Virus record (IMG/VR): IMGVR_UViG_3300037424_002164
Span: 23,780-87,779 of that record
Source: a virus
Lineage: Duplodnaviria > Caudoviricetes
DNA: 64,000 bases
Strand: one strand, 5' to 3'
Shown here: positions 61,009 to 64,000 of the stretch, piece after piece
How positions within the stretch are numbered: the stretch's first letter is position 1
How the letters are laid out: each line of letters starts with the position of its first letter
Position numbers and translations under genes: made by a program
Notes under the pieces: generated by a model
What the model saw: the letters and a program-made list of their open reading frames with translations, nothing else
Databases searched by the model: none
Told to the model about the DNA's origin: nothing

Positions 61009-61974
61009 CTAAGGCAGGTAAACCCAGTCCAGAACGACGGTGCCGGTTGCGGTCACGTCGCAGGCCGCGGCCCAGGTGTCCGCCAGGTTGAAGTGGACGG
61101 TGTGCGCTGCGGCGGCCTCGATGGAGAGGACCTGGCCGGAAACCGTCTTTAACTCGGCGGTGGCGGTCAGGTCGTTAAACGTCTGGCCGGTCATTATGTT
61201 TTCGAAAGTGGCGGTGCCATCGAGGGTGGCAACCACTCCCGAGCCGATGACCGTTCCGAGTCCTCCATCCGGAGTGTCGGCGTCACAGGCGGCGCCGCTG
61301 CCGGTCAGCGCCACGTTCATGTAGGCGCCCCGGACGACCACGGCTCCCGCCGGCAGGGTGTAAAGCAGCTTCCCGAAACCCAGAGCGGCCGCGCCTGTCG
61401 AGGAGCCGATCGCCAGGTTGGTAAAGGTCAGCTTGGTGACGTGCTGGCGGGCGGTGCCGTATTCGGCCGCCGTGACTCCTGTTTCGGCGGCTCCCACGTG
61501 CAGGCCGGTGGTTCCTTCCGCAAGCGAGCTGAGCGTCCACTGGCTCGACGTGCAGGTCCACACGTTGCCGGTGGGGATCACGACGCGCGGCAGCACCACC
61601 TCGGCGGTCGAGGTGCAGCTTCCGGCCGGATCGTAATGGAAGTAGTAGTCGGGCGGGCCGACGTACACCGTTGCGCCCGAGGCGTGGGAGCTGATGCGGC
61701 TGCCTTCGTAGCCCCGTTGCACGGTAATGTTGGTGCCGCTGACTGCCAGCACCGCGAGCGCTTCCTTGTCGGCGAACAGGATCGTGCGGACCTGTTGGGT
61801 GCCGGAGGGCGCGCTGATGCCGGTGGCGCTGGCGACGCTCAGCGTAGTGTCGGTGGCGTTGAGGGCAACCGAGAGAGTGGTCGACGTCATCGTCGTCTGC
61901 GGAAAAGCCAGGCAGGCGAACAGGCAGAGCGAGGCGACGACGCCTATGAATCGGGTCGGGAAAGTCCTTGTCAT
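61009..61974 (-). CDS. Signal-peptide-bearing beta-rich protein immediately after the coat gene (decoration-like)
   Basis: MTRTFPTRFIGVVASLCLFACLAFP|QT; AAGGAG SD. Confidence 0.8.
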   Translation of the reverse strand: MTRTFPTRFIGVVASLCLFACLAFPQTTMTSTTLSVALNATDTTLSVASATGISAPSGTQQVRTILFADKEALAVLAVSGTNITVQRGYEGSRISSHASGATVYVGPPDYYFHYDPAGSCTSTAEVVLPRVVIPTGNVWTCTSSQWTLSSLAEGTTGLHVGAAETGVTAAEYGTARQHVTKLTFTNLAIGSSTGAAALGFGKLLYTLPAGAVVVRGAYMNVALTGSGAACDADTPDGGLGTVIGSGVVATLDGTATFENIMTGQTFNDLTATAELKTVSGQVLSIEAAAAHTVHFNLADTWAAACDVTATGTVVLDWVYLP

Positions 61975-62066
61975 TGTCTTGAGTTCTCCTTGGGGAAATG
62001 GTTTTGGGTAAGGGCGGGACGGCCACCTGACCGCCCCGCTCGAAGGGGGTTTGGTTAAGCCTGCGC

Positions 62067-63293
62067 TTAACTCCCGATACGGACGGCCAGTTCCGGCCGC
62101 AGCGCCGCCCAGCCGAACAAAACATCCAAGCGGCAGGGGAATTTGTCGGTGTTGATGTCGTAGGCGCGGACCAGTCTGATGCTGATGCCCAGATCGGGAT
62201 CCGCTGCCCGGGCCGCCATGTCAACCCCGTTGGGGAGAGGCAGATCGGCGGTCGCGAGGGTGAAAGCGTCCCGGTGGAAGGCGAGGCCTTCGCGGAAGGT
62301 GAGACCGGAAACGGTGTTGAAGTTCGCCGCGGCCTTGCCGAAGACGCTGATGAGCGCTCCGCCGGCCGGGGAGGCGGTAACGGTCTGCGAGTTGCCCGTC
62401 GGGGTGATCGCCGGGAAAATCGGGATGGTCATGACGCCGGCGCCGTCCGCCGCGGCGTTGGCGGTCACAACGAAGTCCTGGAGCGATGCGACATCCAGGC
62501 GGTTTTGCGGGTTGACCTTGTTGACGCCGACGATTTGGAGAACATCGCCTTTCTTCACTGTTGCGAGGGCGCCCCAGGCTCCCGTCAGGAGCGAGCTGCC
62601 GATCTGCCCGGCTCCGGTCACCGTGGGGGTGCCGGTGACCGCGCCGACCACATGCGACGGCGTGTTCTGGTCCATGGCCCAGGTGAAGCCGGCGGCGATT
62701 CCCATCGTGCCCTTCTCGTACTGCTGCTTGATCTGCTCGCTCGACTGGAACAGGCCGGTCAAGGCGTTCACAATCGTCGCTTGCATCAGGGGATTGATGA
62801 CGATGTAGCGGTTGCCGTCCATCGGAGTCGCGTTGTCGTCGAGCTTCACGCCCGCCTGGAGGTACGTCAGCAGCGCGTTCGGGACGGTCCCGGGCACGCC
62901 GACGTAATCCGCGACCTGCTTGTAGAGCAGCAGGCCTTCCAGGTCGATCTTGTTGGCGATCGCGGCGATCGCCGGGCCGATGAAGCGCTTCGAGAAGTTG
63001 TCGATCGACAACAGCAAGTCGGCCGACGTGAAGTTGATGTCCACGCCGAATTGCGTGGTCAGGGTGACAGGCACCGAGGACTCGGTAGCGTCTTCGACGC
63101 TCAGCGCCGTTCCGGTCCGCCCGATGTACCGCGGCGGTTTGCGGACGTTCAATGTGGTCCCGATCTTGGCGCCTTCCACTCCGAACTTGTCGGAGTACTC
63201 GCGGTTGACCCGCTTGGTGAAGTTGAGTTGGTTACGAAGCGAGTAGAGCGCCTCGTTGGTAATCATTGAGATGGTGAGCAGAGTGTTCGCCAT
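62067..63293 (-). CDS. Major capsid protein, P22 gp5 coat family
   Basis: MANTLLT, R.Y.D.F...GAKIG.TL.VR.P, F..RFI.PA...IAN.ID, R.DVL.GW..LRPE.AVRI. Confidence 0.95.
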   Translation of the reverse strand: MANTLLTISMITNEALYSLRNQLNFTKRVNREYSDKFGVEGAKIGTTLNVRKPPRYIGRTGTALSVEDATESSVPVTLTTQFGVDINFTSADLLLSIDNFSKRFIGPAIAAIANKIDLEGLLLYKQVADYVGVPGTVPNALLTYLQAGVKLDDNATPMDGNRYIVINPLMQATIVNALTGLFQSSEQIKQQYEKGTMGIAAGFTWAMDQNTPSHVVGAVTGTPTVTGAGQIGSSLLTGAWGALATVKKGDVLQIVGVNKVNPQNRLDVASLQDFVVTANAAADGAGVMTIPIFPAITPTGNSQTVTASPAGGALISVFGKAAANFNTVSGLTFREGLAFHRDAFTLATADLPLPNGVDMAARAADPDLGISIRLVRAYDINTDKFPCRLDVLFGWAALRPELAVRIGS

Positions 63294-63408
63294 GGTGTTC
63301 CTCCGCCTCCCGGCGGTGGTGGGGCCTCGCCTTTGGGCGCGACCCCTTTACCGCCCCACGCCTGTCTCACGACGGTCGCGGAGCGAATGTCTGGTCAAAC
63401 CAGGCGCA

Positions 63409-64000
63409 TCACCCGTTGGGGTGATCTTTGCGCCACTGCGCGTACTCGGCAGGCGACATCTCGCCCGGGGACTTGATGGGAGTTCCGGACTTCGTGCCTG
63501 GAGGCCGCACCGGTGGCGGCGCGCCGCTCGGTTTGGGGGGTTTCGGGGTTTCAGGAGTTGCGGGAACTTCGGGCGTAACAGGTGCGCTGAGTGCGGCTTC
63601 GATCCGCCCGATTTCTCGGGCGGCGGCGCGCACGGCGTCCCCCACCTGCTTGGGAGTGGGCTTCTCCGGAACGGAGGTCGCGGCTTCGATCCTCTTGCAT
63701 TCCTCCGGATGGGAGGCCAGATAGTAGAGGATCTCGGGGCCTTGCTCGGACTCGAAGATTTCCTGGTGCATCGCCGGTGTGGCGACGAGGCCGTTCTGCT
63801 CGGCCTGCCTGGTCATGTCGTCGTAGTCCGGATGGGCCGCCTTGGCGGTCTCGACCTTGTCGAGCCACGCTTCGACCACGGGCTGTTGCTCGCGCCGCAG
63901 ACGCTCCTCCTCGTCTTTCGCCTGGATCTGCGCCTTGAGGGCGTCGATCTCGGCGCGAAGAGGCGCGTTGGCGCGCTTGGCGGTCCATTCCTGGTGAGCC
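63409..64000 (-). CDS. Capsid scaffolding protein, 5' part beyond the window edge
   Basis: Upstream of the coat gene; HPDY, GPEILYYLASHP, EIGRIEA, C-terminal MS.AEY..WR coat-binding motif. Confidence 0.85.
   Translation of the reverse strand, partial: AHQEWTAKRANAPLRAEIDALKAQIQAKDEEERLRREQQPVVEAWLDKVETAKAAHPDYDDMTRQAEQNGLVATPAMHQEIFESEQGPEILYYLASHPEECKRIEAATSVPEKPTPKQVGDAVRAAAREIGRIEAALSAPVTPEVPATPETPKPPKPSGAPPPVRPPGTKSGTPIKSPGEMSPAEYAQWRKDHPNG

Larger units (their letters stand above)
1..64000. mobile_element. P22-like temperate phage/prophage genome segment, incomplete at both edges
   Basis: Coat/scaffold/gp4/gp10/gp7/gp20/gp16-like order on the minus strand, endolysin, phage accessory genes, ATGA/GTGA-coupled operons; no host housekeeping genes seen. 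Confidence 0.93.

Noticed and set aside
1-64000. CRISPR array, tRNA, rRNA, IS transposase, tyrosine integrase, HTH-S24 repressor, terminase/portal
   Set aside because: None recognised; terminase and portal are expected beyond the right edge, upstream of the scaffold

Overview
The whole window reads as one GC-rich, P22-like (podovirus-type) temperate phage genome segment. The host is probably Acidobacteriota-like, inferred only from signal-peptide style and gene content. All family assignments come from motif recognition; no database searches were run. Layout from left to right: (1) 145-4852 (+) accessory operon with a DNA methyltransferase, DUF4326 and Gp37/Gp68. (2) 5203-10879 (-) early/recombination operon driven by a TTGACA-17-TATCAT promoter and ending in a small serine resolvase next to a 28-bp res-like palindrome. 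(3) 11010-13729 (+) probable lysogeny cassette. (4) 14334-19669 (+) operon with a HerA-like ATPase, a RyR-domain protein and Tat-leader paralogs. (5) 19666-64000 (-) late operon: scaffold, P22 gp5-like coat, three gp4-like adaptors, fibres, gp10, GNAT, gp7- and gp20-like ejection proteins, a 5551-aa DarB-like polyvalent ejection protein and an endolysin. Terminase and portal lie outside the window. Best novelty candidates: (a) a leaderless-promoter cassette encoding membrane/secreted proteins that carry copies of this phage's own virion-protein segments (giant-protein C-terminus, gp20-like N-terminal motif, scaffold domain), possibly decoy-type superinfection exclusion; (b) two parallel divergent switches using tiny basic paralogs where a CI repressor would sit; (c) two Shine-Dalgarno-led genes nested out of frame inside the giant gene; (d) several Sec-signal, Cys-paired proteins in the virion module, including a catalytically dead subtilase. 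No CRISPR array, tRNA, rRNA or reverse transcriptase was recognised.
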